A DNA stretch of 43,466 bases, from the IMG/VR virus record IMGVR_UViG_3300045988_091197, one strand, 5' to 3'. Made by a program: the position numbers and the translations under genes. Below, piece by piece: positions 9,116 through 21,000 of the stretch. The stretch is from a virus. The number at the start of each line of letters is the position of its first letter. The stretch's first letter is position 1. The notes beneath the pieces were generated by a model. It was not told the DNA's origin and ran no database searches. It worked only from the letters and a program-made list of their open reading frames with translations.

Positions 9116-11029
9116 ATGAGCAGCATTACAACAACAGGGCGCGCCGCATACCGCGGAGGCGCGAGCCATACGGGGTATCTCGCGGGCTTTGAGACGGCAA
9201 ACAAGCTCACTCGCGTGCTCCGCTACACCTTCACGACGCCTGCGGGCGGCGTAAGCAAGCTGAGCTTCACGGGGGCACATCTGGCGCACAGTGCGTCGTA
9301 TTCATGGAGCGGACTCGACTTCTATATAACGACCTCGGCGACGTCGCACGTCAATGCAGGCGCAGGATCGGTGAGTCAAGGAACGCTGATCATAACCGGT
9401 AACGGCAAGGACTACGATATTTCTACGGGCGAGATCAATGTGAACCTCCCCGGAAACGTGACTGCGTATGTTTACATCTTCCCCAACAACACAAGCTATT
9501 TCCTGTGGAACTTTGTAAACGTTACGGCTCTTAGCATATCCACCGAACCCGGAGCGTCAACAATAGCATCTTGCCCGACGGCGCTATATACACTTGATAC
9601 GCTGGCAATAGCGATGAGGCGCGCAGGCGACAGCTTTTGTCACAGAGCGACGTTTAAGTGCGGCAATACGCCGCTTTATACGTCGGAGCTGTTTGGGGAG
9701 TCGCTCAGCGTTACGGTGCCGCGCGCGTGGCTGGCAGAGTTTACAGACAAGCCCGCAATAAGTGTGTCTGTAAGCATACAGACCTACGCAGATTTACAGG
9801 GAACCGTTGCGGCGGGGGAGCCGGTCACGGCGGAAATAAAGATAACTGCCGATGCGAATATGCGGCCTGCTATACAGGAGGGCGGCGTATCCGTGGCAGC
9901 TTATAACGCCGGAGCTGCTGCGGGCATGACTGGGTATATACGCGGGTTTTCCCGCGTTGAAGCGACGGTAGTTGAGGCAAACATCGACTTATCGGCCTGC
10001 GCGGGAGCGAGTATAGCAGAATATAAGCTTGTATGTGCAGGAGCGGCGGTCACTTCCGTCCCGTACCGCAGCCCAATTCTCACGGATGACGCAACAGCTG
10101 TTTTCACGGTGACTGACAGCCGCGGGCGATCTGCAAGCGTCAGTTTTCAAATAAGCACAATCGCCTATGCTGCGCCGACGCTTACGGCGACGGAGATATT
10201 CCGGTGTGACGCAAGCGGCGCGGCAAACGACGACGAGGGCTACATATCCGTAAAGACTACGCCCATATTCAGTTCTGTGGAAGGGCAGAACACCTGCAAG
10301 GTTTATGCTGCGCTTGCCGAAGAGAGCGGGAACTACGGCTCCGATACAGAGATCACGGCAGGCAGCGCAAACGTTTTATACGGTACGCTTTCGCCGGATA
10401 AGACGTATCGGGTGCGGCTGACGGTGCGGGACACTCTCGGTGGGGAGCGAATAAGCACAACAAAATTGCCAACAAGAGTGTGGGCAATGAAATTCCGCGA
10501 AAGCGGGCTTGGAATCGGATTCGGAATGGCTCCGCAGCACGACAAGGCAATAGAAGTTCCAGAAGATTGGACGCTCAGAATAGGTACTGCTGCACTTACG
10601 CAGGCGCTTATTGCATCGCTTGGAAATCTCGTCGACCTGATTTGCCCCGTCGGAATGTACGTATGGCTTGCAGCGGAGACAGACCCGGCGGACATCTGGG
10701 GCGGCACATGGGAAAGGCAGCCCGAGGGGCTGACGCTGGTGTCCGCGGGCGGCAAATACCCGCTGAACTCCACCGGCGGTGAAGCGGCGCACACGCTGAC
10801 CGAGGCCGAAATGCCGAAGCATAGCCACGTGATCTATTGGGGCAATGCTACCGGCGAGTATTACACGGCAACTACCGCTTTTCCCGCCGCCATGACCGAT
10901 TCAAAGGGCGACAACGTCACAACGTCTTGGGGCTATGAAATGTGCAAAACCGCCGAAACCGGAAGCTCGGAGGCTCACAATAACATGATGCCGTATAAGG
11001 CGGCCTATTGTTGGCTGCGGACGGATTGA
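9116..11029 (+). CDS. Tail fibre or receptor-binding protein
   Basis: 637 aa. The C-terminal block GGTWERQ...STGGEAAHTLTEAEMPKHSH is a pattern typical of Gram-positive phage tail-fibre and baseplate tip modules. The ORF-track start at 9050 overlaps the upstream gene. Confidence 0.7.
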   Translation: MSSITTTGRAAYRGGASHTGYLAGFETANKLTRVLRYTFTTPAGGVSKLSFTGAHLAHSASYSWSGLDFYITTSATSHVNAGAGSVSQGTLIITGNGKDYDISTGEINVNLPGNVTAYVYIFPNNTSYFLWNFVNVTALSISTEPGASTIASCPTALYTLDTLAIAMRRAGDSFCHRATFKCGNTPLYTSELFGESLSVTVPRAWLAEFTDKPAISVSVSIQTYADLQGTVAAGEPVTAEIKITADANMRPAIQEGGVSVAAYNAGAAAGMTGYIRGFSRVEATVVEANIDLSACAGASIAEYKLVCAGAAVTSVPYRSPILTDDATAVFTVTDSRGRSASVSFQISTIAYAAPTLTATEIFRCDASGAANDDEGYISVKTTPIFSSVEGQNTCKVYAALAEESGNYGSDTEITAGSANVLYGTLSPDKTYRVRLTVRDTLGGERISTTKLPTRVWAMKFRESGLGIGFGMAPQHDKAIEVPEDWTLRIGTAALTQALIASLGNLVDLICPVGMYVWLAAETDPADIWGGTWERQPEGLTLVSAGGKYPLNSTGGEAAHTLTEAEMPKHSHVIYWGNATGEYYTATTAFPAAMTDSKGDNVTTSWGYEMCKTAETGSSEAHNNMMPYKAAYCWLRTD

Positions 11030-11043
11030 AAGGAGTACAAGAT

Positions 11044-12012
11044 ATGGCGATTAACCTCGACAAAGACAAGAATAATCCTGAGGCTTTTGACACGGCTGTG
11101 CAGCGCGCGACAGAAAAGCCGGAATACAAAGGCACTTTCGACGATCAGCTGCGGGATATATACGACAAGATAACGAACCGGCAGCCGTTCAGCTACGACG
11201 TCGGCAGCGACCCAATGTACCGCATGTATGCAGACAAGTATATGCAGCAGGGTAAGGCCGCGATGCGTGACACGATGGGGCGGGCGGCAGCACTCACCGG
11301 CGGCTACGGCAACAGCTACGCTCAGAACGTGGGGCAGCAGGCATATGATGCGGCGCTGCAAAAGATGGGCGACGTGATACCGGAATTCTACGGGATGGCG
11401 CTCGACCAGTACAACGCCGAGGGCGACGCACTCACCAAGCAGTACGGGATGCTCGGCGATCTCGCGGCGGACGAATACAGCAAATACCGCGACCAAATGA
11501 CAGACTGGAACAACGACCAGACGCTTGCGCGACAGCAGGAGCAGGATGCGGCGAACAACAGACAGCAGGCGTATTCAAACCTCTATGCCCTCATAAAGGC
11601 AAGCGGCTACAGCCCGACGGACGACGAGCTTTCGGCGGCTGGCATGACCAGAGAGGCGGCAGAAGCGCTCATAAAAGAATACCTCAGAAGCACGGGACAG
11701 CTTGCGGTAGATGCGGGCAGCGGCTCTTCTGGCGGTTCCGGAGGCGGTGGAAGCCGCGGCAGCAGCGCAGGAGGAAGCGGAAACGACTCTGATACAAGCG
11801 GAACCGTCAACAAGAGCACAGCGAAAGACAACACAGGCGCTGCCAGAGCGGCATTACAGGCAGTAAATGCGTACCAAAAGGGAACTATGTCGATGCAGGA
11901 GGCAACCGCAAAAATTCAAGACTTGTACGACCGAGGACTGATAACGCCCAGTACGGTGCAAAGATATGCAAGCTTGATGCGGCAAAGTGCGCGACCGGGT
12001 GCGAACAGATAA
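11044..12012 (+). CDS. Virion protein, function unknown (Gly/Ser-rich tract near the C-terminus)
   Basis: AAGGAG RBS upstream of ATG 11044; 322 aa. Confidence 0.7.
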   Translation: MAINLDKDKNNPEAFDTAVQRATEKPEYKGTFDDQLRDIYDKITNRQPFSYDVGSDPMYRMYADKYMQQGKAAMRDTMGRAAALTGGYGNSYAQNVGQQAYDAALQKMGDVIPEFYGMALDQYNAEGDALTKQYGMLGDLAADEYSKYRDQMTDWNNDQTLARQQEQDAANNRQQAYSNLYALIKASGYSPTDDELSAAGMTREAAEALIKEYLRSTGQLAVDAGSGSSGGSGGGGSRGSSAGGSGNDSDTSGTVNKSTAKDNTGAARAALQAVNAYQKGTMSMQEATAKIQDLYDRGLITPSTVQRYASLMRQSARPGANR

Positions 12013-12024
12013 TAGGAGGCGGCC

Positions 12025-15000
12025 ATGAACAGCATAGATAGACTTCTCGCGCATGTAGACGAAGAAGAACAGAAGCGGAGCAATGCGGGCGAAACCGCGG
12101 AAAGACGCGGCAGCACCGGAACATCTGATCCAATAAAAGACTTGCTCGACCATGTTGCCGCGGTAGAGTCCGGAGAACTACCGCGCTACACTTCCACCGA
12201 CTACTCCGAAACTTCATATCAGGAGCCGCAGCGCGAACAGGTGAGTTTTGGGGAGAGAATAAAGAACTTCTTCAAAGGCAGCGACAACCGGCGCGATGAA
12301 AGCGGACTGAGCGGCAGCCAGACGCAGCGCTTCCGCGACTTACAGGCACAGCTAAACGAGATAGACCGCAACAGCGGATATGCAACAACGGCAGAGACAA
12401 GCGACGAACTCGAACAGCAACGCCGGAATATCATCAGGCAGCTTGACGAGCTTGACGAGGAGGCGGGACGCGAGGCACGTACATACAGCCCCTCGGACAG
12501 GATAGACAACGTAATAAAAAGCTGGCTCAATCGCACGGGAGCAGGGTATACAAACGCCGCAGGCAGCATATTAGACCTCGGAAGCAGTAAGCGGAAGTCT
12601 CTCCGGCAGCAGCAGGAAGAGGCAGACATGGCGCGCTTTGCCGAACGCAACCCGGAAGCGGCGGCGGAAGCCCAAGCTGCTGAGGAAAGATATAGGCAAA
12701 GCCTCAGAGGTGCGAGAGACAGCACGTATAAAGCCGCCGACAAGATGCAGAGCAGCGCCGAACGGCAGCTTGCAAAGAGCGAATACGGCACGAGCGCGGC
12801 GGGAAGCTTTGCGATAGACGCGGCGATGACCGGCGCGGACATAATCACCGACGCCGCGTTTGCGAAGCTCACAGGCATAACCGGTCTTGCAAACATGGCG
12901 CTGCGCGTCTACGGCTCAGAGTCTCAGGATGCGAGACTGTCCGGAGACGACGCCGAGACAGCGGCCGCAAAGGGCTTGAAAGCGGCGACGATTGAGGTCA
13001 TAACCGAAAAGCTCGCGGGTCCATTTGAGCTGGCGTACGGCAAGAGCTTAGGCCGTCAGGCGATGGGAAAGACGGCGGGCAAGATTGCGCGCGTATTTGA
13101 CCGGCTGGAAACCAACGGCGTTCTTAAGTGGGTGTTCGACACGGCGGGCGAGGGCGCAGAGGAAGGCCTGAGCGACGTGCTGAACATCATAGCGGATCAT
13201 GTGTTCAACTGGGACGATGGAGACATGACGATACTTGAGGAAATAGCCTCGGACAAAGACGACATTCTCTATGACATGATTCTCGGAGCGTTCGTCGGCG
13301 CGTTCGGCGCTACAACAAGCGCCATTGCCGAAGGGGAGCAGGGCAGAAGAGTTAAAAATATATACGGCAAGGAGGGGGCGGCAGCACTCGTTGACGAAGG
13401 GTTGTTAAGCGGCGAGGGCACCAAAAGCCGCCGCCTAGCTGAGAGATACAATGAGAAGCTGCAAAGCGGCCGAGAGCTTACAGGGCGGGAAATGAGCCAA
13501 CTTATAGAAGCCAATGACATGGCTTTTGCGGACGAGTCACCCGAAAACCGCGGCGCAGACGCAAGCGAGCCAGAGCAGACCGATCATGTTGAAAAAGCTA
13601 TTTCCAAGATAGCCAAGAACGACACAGAGGCTGATCTGCTGCGCGAAGATTTTACGCTCGGCGAAGCAGACGCAGAAACATATGCTCGCGGCGCGGAGGA
13701 GGCGTATAATTACGGCAAGCTCGGCGTGAGTATGGAAGATGCTGTGCAGAACGGCTCGTTCATAAACGACCTCACGGAGGCGCAGAGAGACCACGCATAC
13801 AAGCTCGGACAGCAGGAGAGCAGCGCCGACACGCTCACCGAAGAGGACGCCGCGCAGGGTGCAGAGGCTGACACGGCAGACGCGAACGCCGAAAATGTTG
13901 ACGCATATGCGGCGAAGTACGGCGACGAAGCGCCGGCCGTTATAGCTTCGTATAATTCCGGAGAAGTGAAGGGCATCGGCGAGTTCTCCACAGCTTTCGA
14001 TGCAGCATACAACATGGGCAGAAGCGGAGTGCCGGAAAGTGAGCTTTCAGCTTCTGCAGCACTCTCATATCTCAGCGACGCACAGCGCAAGACCGCGTTC
14101 GATATGGGGCGCGCTTCCGCGAGCAAAGCGGCAGCGCAGGCGCAGACAGAGGTGAAGTCGGCGGCCAAGCCGGGCAAGCTGAATCGAAAGGGCGTTGTGA
14201 AGGGCGAGGGCGTGACGCTGAAAGAGCTGAAAAGCACGTTTAACGATCGGCAGAACACGGCGTACCGGCTCTTGAGCACCTTCGCAGAGGCAACCGGCGT
14301 TGACGTTGTGCTGTATAAAACTTCGGCAGAGCCTGACGGCAGCTTTGCAAGCGAGCAGGGGCGTTTTACGTGGAAGGACGACACCATCTATGTGGATATA
14401 AACAGCGGGCTTTATTCGTCAAAGGACGTGGAAAGCCTCGGCAAGTACACAATGATGCGCACTTTTGCGCACGAGTTCACGCATTTTATTGAAAAATGGA
14501 ACCCGGCACAGTATAATGATTTCAGAAGCTTTGTGTTCGGCACACTGGCTGGAAAAGGAGAGAGTGTCAACGACCTAATTGAAAGCAAAATGAGCCTCGA
14601 TAGCAGCGGCAAACTTGACTACGAGCAGGCGAGCCGCGAGGTTATCGCAGACGCTATGGTTGATATCCTGCCGGACAGCAACATCGTCCAGCGCCTTGCA
14701 AGCGAACACGAGAGCATATACAAAAAGCTGTTACAGAAGCTCAGAGACTTTACTGCTCGTCTCAAGCAGTATTATAAGGAGATAACCACACGCCCCGGAC
14801 GCGAAGCACAGGCACTCAAAGAGCAAGTGGGCGAGGGCACAAGATACATGCAGTCCATTGTGGATATGTGGACAAATGCGGCAGAGGGCGCGGTGAGGAG
14901 CTACAAGGCTGCGGAAGGCACGGAGCAGCGCATTGAAAACAAGGCAAAGCCGGAAGCGACCAAGCTGAAGGAAGCGCCCAAGCAGAAGCCGAAAACGGAG

Positions 15001-18000
15001 CAGCCGAAGGCAAAGGAAAGCGCCGCCGAAACGGCGGAAAAAGCTCCTCCAAAGGAAAACGACGAGCTTACGAGGCTGCGGGACAGGCTTGATGCATTGA
15101 GATATACAGAAGTAAACGGCTTCGGCTTTGCAGTGACCGCGACTGCGGGAAAGGACGGGGAGGCTGTATATCGAGCACGCATAAACAGAGTTGCCTCCGA
15201 CCCGCTTCACATCGAGGACGCAAAGGCGGTGTACAGCGAAGCCTTCACAAGCCTTGAGGACGCGATCGAGTCACTGGTTGCGGTTGCGGAGAACAACAAT
15301 TTGCTCACGCCTGTCGAGGCGGACAAGGAAGCAACGGAAACAAAAGAAACCGTCGCACAAGAAGAAGCACCGGCAAAGAGCGACGAGAAGAACCGGGAGA
15401 TGGAAAGCGGCACTCCGTCTGAAAAGACCGCTTACAGGATACTCACCGAGTATTTAGCTGCCGGAAAGAAGCTTACAAGCAAGGAGCTTTACAGCATTTG
15501 CGACGAGACCTTCAACGGCACTCAGGCAGAGGGAGCATATGACCGTAAAGCGGCATATGACGCGATGGAGCTTGCCGTGAACAGATACCTGCTCACAAAC
15601 GCCGCAGATTTGAACGGAGACACGGCAGAAGACGCGAGAAGAGGGCTTGAACGAGTGCAGGGCATACTGTCGCTTCTCCCGACGCAGAATGTCCGTACAC
15701 AGGAAATGGAGCAGTTTCAGCAGTTCTCCACGCCTCCTAACATAGCATACCTCGCGGCGTGGGCAGCAGACATAAACAGCTCCGACCTTGTTCTTGAGCC
15801 GTCGGCGGGAATAGGCGGCCTTGCTGCTTTTGCAAAGGCGTGGGGAGCGGAGGTAGCCGTGAATGAGCTTTCTGAACGCAGGCTTGCGGTGCTGAAAGCT
15901 ATGGGATTCGACCATGTTTTCAACGAGAACGCAGAGCAGATAGACAACGTCCTTCCGGAGAGCATAAAACCGACGGCTGTGATCATGAACCCGCCGTTTT
16001 CTTCCACGGCAGGACGCACGGCAACGAATAAGACCTCAAACGCGGAGCGGCATATAAATCAGGCGCTTGCGCGGCTGAACGACGGTGGAAGACTTGTTGC
16101 TATTCTCGGCAGAGGCATGGCAGATAAAGCCTACAGTAAGTACTGGGATAAGCTGCGGCAGGATTATAATATCCGTGCGAACATCTCTATTGACGGGGAA
16201 AACTATAAAAAGTACGGCACTACCTTTGATGTGCAGCTTGTTGTGATAGATAAAACAGGGGCGCAGGGCAGCGCAGAGACTGTTACGGGAAGCTACAAAG
16301 ACCTTGCGGAAATACCAAATGTTTTGGAGGGAATAAGAAATGACCGAAGTGCAGAGACTGAACGCGACTCCGCTGTCGCAGGGGTTCAAGAAGCTTCTCC
16401 CGTGGAACAGGGCGGAGAGGGAACTGTACGTGCTCCAGTGGATACGGCAGACGGTGGAGCTGATGCAGGGGTACTGGAACTCGGGAGCAGACCCGGAAGT
16501 ACTGGCGAACCTCGAAGCGCTGACATTCACGGAGAAGTACAGCGAGGCATACAGGATGCTTCTGCCGCCGACGGAGCCGCTGTACAGCAACAGCGAGCTG
16601 ATGCGGCAGATAAAAAGAGTGGAAAGCGCACAGACAGAGGAGCAGATAGAGGAGAAGAGCGTAACACTGCTAGAGATGCTGGTGGACAACTCAACATTCA
16701 GCGACTCGGAGCTGGCGGACTTGAAACCGAGTCTGCACGAGGACAGGTAACCGAAAAGGGGCGGTCAAATAAGCGCAGTGATGACGGCGTTTATGCGGAT
16801 TATGTCGCGCCGGAGCTGACAGTTAAGGGCAGCAAGCCGCACCCGGCAGTGCTTGTGGAAAGCTCGGCTATGTCGGCGGTTTTCATGCCGAAGGCGACAT
16901 ACACTCCTCACCTGCCGGAGAATGTTATAAAAAACAATCTTTCAACAGAACAGCTTGTATCTGTTACATATGCAGGTCAGGCGCACGAACAGACACTCCC
17001 AAACGGCGAACGCAAGGGCTTCTTTATCGGCGACGGCACGGGCGTCGGCAAGGGCAGAGAGATAAGCGGAATCATCTTGGACAACTTCGAGCAGGGCAGA
17101 GACAAGGCCGTGTGGATATCCATGAATGACAAGCTTTTCGCAGACGCGCAGAGAGACTGGGCTGACACGACCGGCAGAGGAAAAGATGAAATTCATCTTC
17201 AAGGAAAAACAAAGCTACAAAACAAAATAGACTTCGGAAGCGGAATTCTGTTCACCACATATCCAACACTCAGAACGGAGAAAGGGCAGCTCAGCCGAAT
17301 AAATCAGATCGTCGAATGGCTAGGAAAGGACTTTGACGGAGTCATAGCGTTTGACGAGGCGCATAATATGGGTAATCTTCTCGGTTCAAGCGGCAAGTTC
17401 GGCAGAACGAAAGGCTCGGCAATGGCGGCGGCAGCCGTCAAGCTTCAATCCCTACTCCCAAAGGCGAGGGTGGTGTATGTATCGGCGACGGCGGCAACGG
17501 ACGTTCAGGGGCTTGCATTTGCCTCGCGGCTTGGACTGTGGGGGCGCGGCACGGCGTTTACCGACGTCAACGATTTCGTGTCGAAGATACAGTCCGCCGG
17601 GCTTGCGGCGATGGAGCTTGTCGTGCGTGATATGAAAGCGATGGGCGTTTATGTTTCGCGCAGCATCAGCTACAACGGCGTTAGCTATGACACCGTGCAG
17701 CATGATCTTGACCCGATGCAGACCGAGATATATAACACCATGAGCCGCGCATGGCAGAAGACAATGGGCAGCGTGGAGGAATCCCTCAAGTCCACCGGTG
17801 GGGTACACAACAGCAACGCGAAGCAGCTTGCCATAGGCCAGTATTACAGCGCCATGCAGCGCTTTTACAATCAGGTTCTTACCTCCATGTCTATGCCAAG
17901 CGTTATAGCCGACATGAAAAAGGAGCTTGCGGCCGGAAAATCATGCGTACTCCAGATAGTAAACACGAACCAAGCCGAAGCCGACCGCCAGATAGCGAGC

Positions 18001-21000
18001 ATAAAGGCGGACGGCGGAAGCCTTGACGACATGGATTTAACGCCGCGCGGGACGCTTATAGGCTATCTTGAAAACTGCTATCCCATTATCCAGTACGAGG
18101 AATACACGGACGAAAACGGTGCTGTAAGGTCGCGCCCGGTAACTGACAGCAAGGGGGAGCCGGTAATTGACAGAGCCGCGGTGAGAAAGCGCGACGCGCT
18201 TATCGAGGAGGTCAAGCAGATGGCCATCCCGGACGGCCCGCTTGAAATGCTGTTTAATGCGTTCGGCACGGATCAGGTTGCAGAGATAACCGGCAGAACG
18301 CGGCGCGTTGTGCCGCGCAAGCAGCCGGACGGCAGCATAAAAAGAGTTGAGGAGAGTCGCAGCAAGGCACACACGGCGGCGGACGTGCAGGCGTTTCAGG
18401 ACGGGGATAAGCGAATACTTGTATTCTCGGACGCCGGCGGCACGGGCAAGAGCTATCACGCGTCCAGAACTGCGAAAAACCAGCAGCAGCGCGTACATTA
18501 TGTATTGCAGCCCGGCTGGGTAGCGTCAAAAGCTGTGCAGGGCTTTGGCCGGACACACCGCAGCAATCAGAGCAGTGCACCTATCTATAAGCTCGTAACC
18601 ACAAACATCAAAGGGCAGAAGCGCTTTACATCGACGATTGCCCGCAGGCTCGACCAGCTCGGCGCGCTTACCAAAGGGCAGCGAGACACCGGCAGCGGAA
18701 TGTTCGGCGCAAAGGACAACCTTGAAACCGACCTCGCGCGGGACAGTCTGAGAGAATTTTACCGCCGACTCGGCAAAAACCAAATCGACGGCATTGACGG
18801 CATGGACACCTTGCAGCGGCTTGGACTAAAGAGCAAGTTCACGGATGAGTTCGGCGCGTTCAAGCTTGACGACTCAACGTCGCGAGATATAAGCACCTTC
18901 CTTAACCGCATACTTGCGCTTGAGGTAGACGAGCAGAACACGCTGTTCGATGCATTTATCAACATCTACGAGACGGAAATGGAAGCCGCGATTCAGGCCG
19001 GTACGCTTGACACCGGTATGGAGAATGTCAAGGCGGACAAAATCGAGATTGTCGACGACAAGGTTATCAAGGAGCAGGAGACAACCGGCGCGGCGACGCA
19101 CTATATTCAGGCGAAGATCTATACCAAGCCCAAAATCATATCCACGGTTGCGGCGGCGGAGGGGCTGCGCAGCGGCTTCATGGGGATATACAAGACCAAA
19201 AACGGAGATATCCGCGCAGTGTACCGCATTGCGGACAAAACAACGGAATGGGGCGAGGTACAAAAGCAATACAAGCTGCAATCTCCGAATGCCGCCAAAT
19301 CCTCCATATGGAAGGAGAGCAGCTTTGAAAAGAACGCTGAGCTGCTGCCAAAGGACGAATGGCAGACCGAATGGGACAAGGAGATAAAAAAAGTCCCCGA
19401 ATATAACGAGGACACTAAGCATATGCTCACCGGTACGCTGCTGCCGATATGGTACGCCCTCCCCGATGACGGCAACACAAAGGTGCAGCGGCTTGTTGCT
19501 GACGACGGCTCCACATATCTCGGCAGGGTAATAAGCCCTGACAAGATTGACGACGTTCTCAAGCGCTTCAATCTCAACCGTACGAAGGAGATTTTTACGG
19601 CTGAAAAGGTGATGGACTCGGCAATAAAGCGAGGGACGCGATTTGACCTGACATATTACAGGGCTCAACTGTTCAGAAGCCGTGTAAGCGGAGAATGGCG
19701 GCTTGAATATAAGCAGGGGCAGAACTCATGGTACGTCGCTCGGCAGTTCCCGGAGCTTATCCACGAGAAAATAAACTATCAAGACCGCTATTTCGTGCCT
19801 CTCAACGATGAGGGACGAGCAGTGCTTGACAAAATTCTCGAAGAAAACCCGGTAACAAATACGAGCGAGGGCAGCGACTCAGACGGCTATGTGCAGTATT
19901 CAAAGCGCGGCAGGGACGATTCCTCGGTCGATTCATACGACCCGGAAACGGCCAACGTGAAAGAGCAGATCGCGAACAGCAGTGCTGAGCTGAACAAGAT
20001 GACCGTCGCGGCGACCGTTAACGCGCCTGCAAACTTCACGAGCAAAGAAGCGGCAAGTAAATGGGCTATCGCTATGCTTGAGCACACGGGATTTCAGGTT
20101 GACCGGAAGAACTTCGGGAAAATCTTTTTCTCTCAAAAGGATATCAAAACAAGCGTTAGGTATGCTGACACGGCGGCAGAGAAAGCCGCTTTCGCGGCTC
20201 TGCCGGCTGTGCTGAAAAAGGGCATAGAAATAGGCAGACACAGTAACCACAAAGCGCGAGGCAAGGAAACGGTTACTTTTGCGGCACCGGTTATCCTAAA
20301 CGGTGTACGCGGTAACATGGGAGTGGTCGTTAATCTCAGGGGCAATCACTACTATGCGCACAGAATCGTGCTACCGGACGGCGGGATATTTGTTCTGTCA
20401 GAAAACGAAAATGATGCAGCACGAGAATTGCCCCGGGGAGTGACCATTTCTGGCTCTCTTGCCGACGCCACAAGTACTGCATCTGTAAATAGTATAGCAT
20501 CCGGCTTGAATTTTGACAAGGAAAATTTTGCAACAGAGGTTGACACGGAACTTTCAACACGCGCACCGGCGCTTTCAGACCGTGAGGTTCTGCAATATGC
20601 GGCTAAAAACATAGACGCAAGCACCCTCACACCGGCGCAGGCTGACGCGCTGAGAATATTCAAGGAGCGCGTTGACAGGCTGCAAGAGCTTCAGGAGCAG
20701 CGGCAGGAGCTGGGGCGTGAGTACCGCGAGCAGCAATTCAAACGACCGGTAGACCGCAACGCGGCGACGGTGACGAAAAACAGGATGGGAGTACTCGACG
20801 GCAAAATCCGGGCGCTCGAAAACAGCGTTGTTTCGCTTGAGGACAAAGATGTATTGCGTCAGGTGCTGAAAGAAGCGCGGCGGTTTGTTGAAAAACGCGA
20901 GCGGACGCAGGGCGCACTGAGGCTGAAAGAATACCGCGAAGCGCGCAACGAAAGCGCAAGCCTCAAGAAGTACCGCGCAAGGGTGCTCAAAGAGGCTGAA

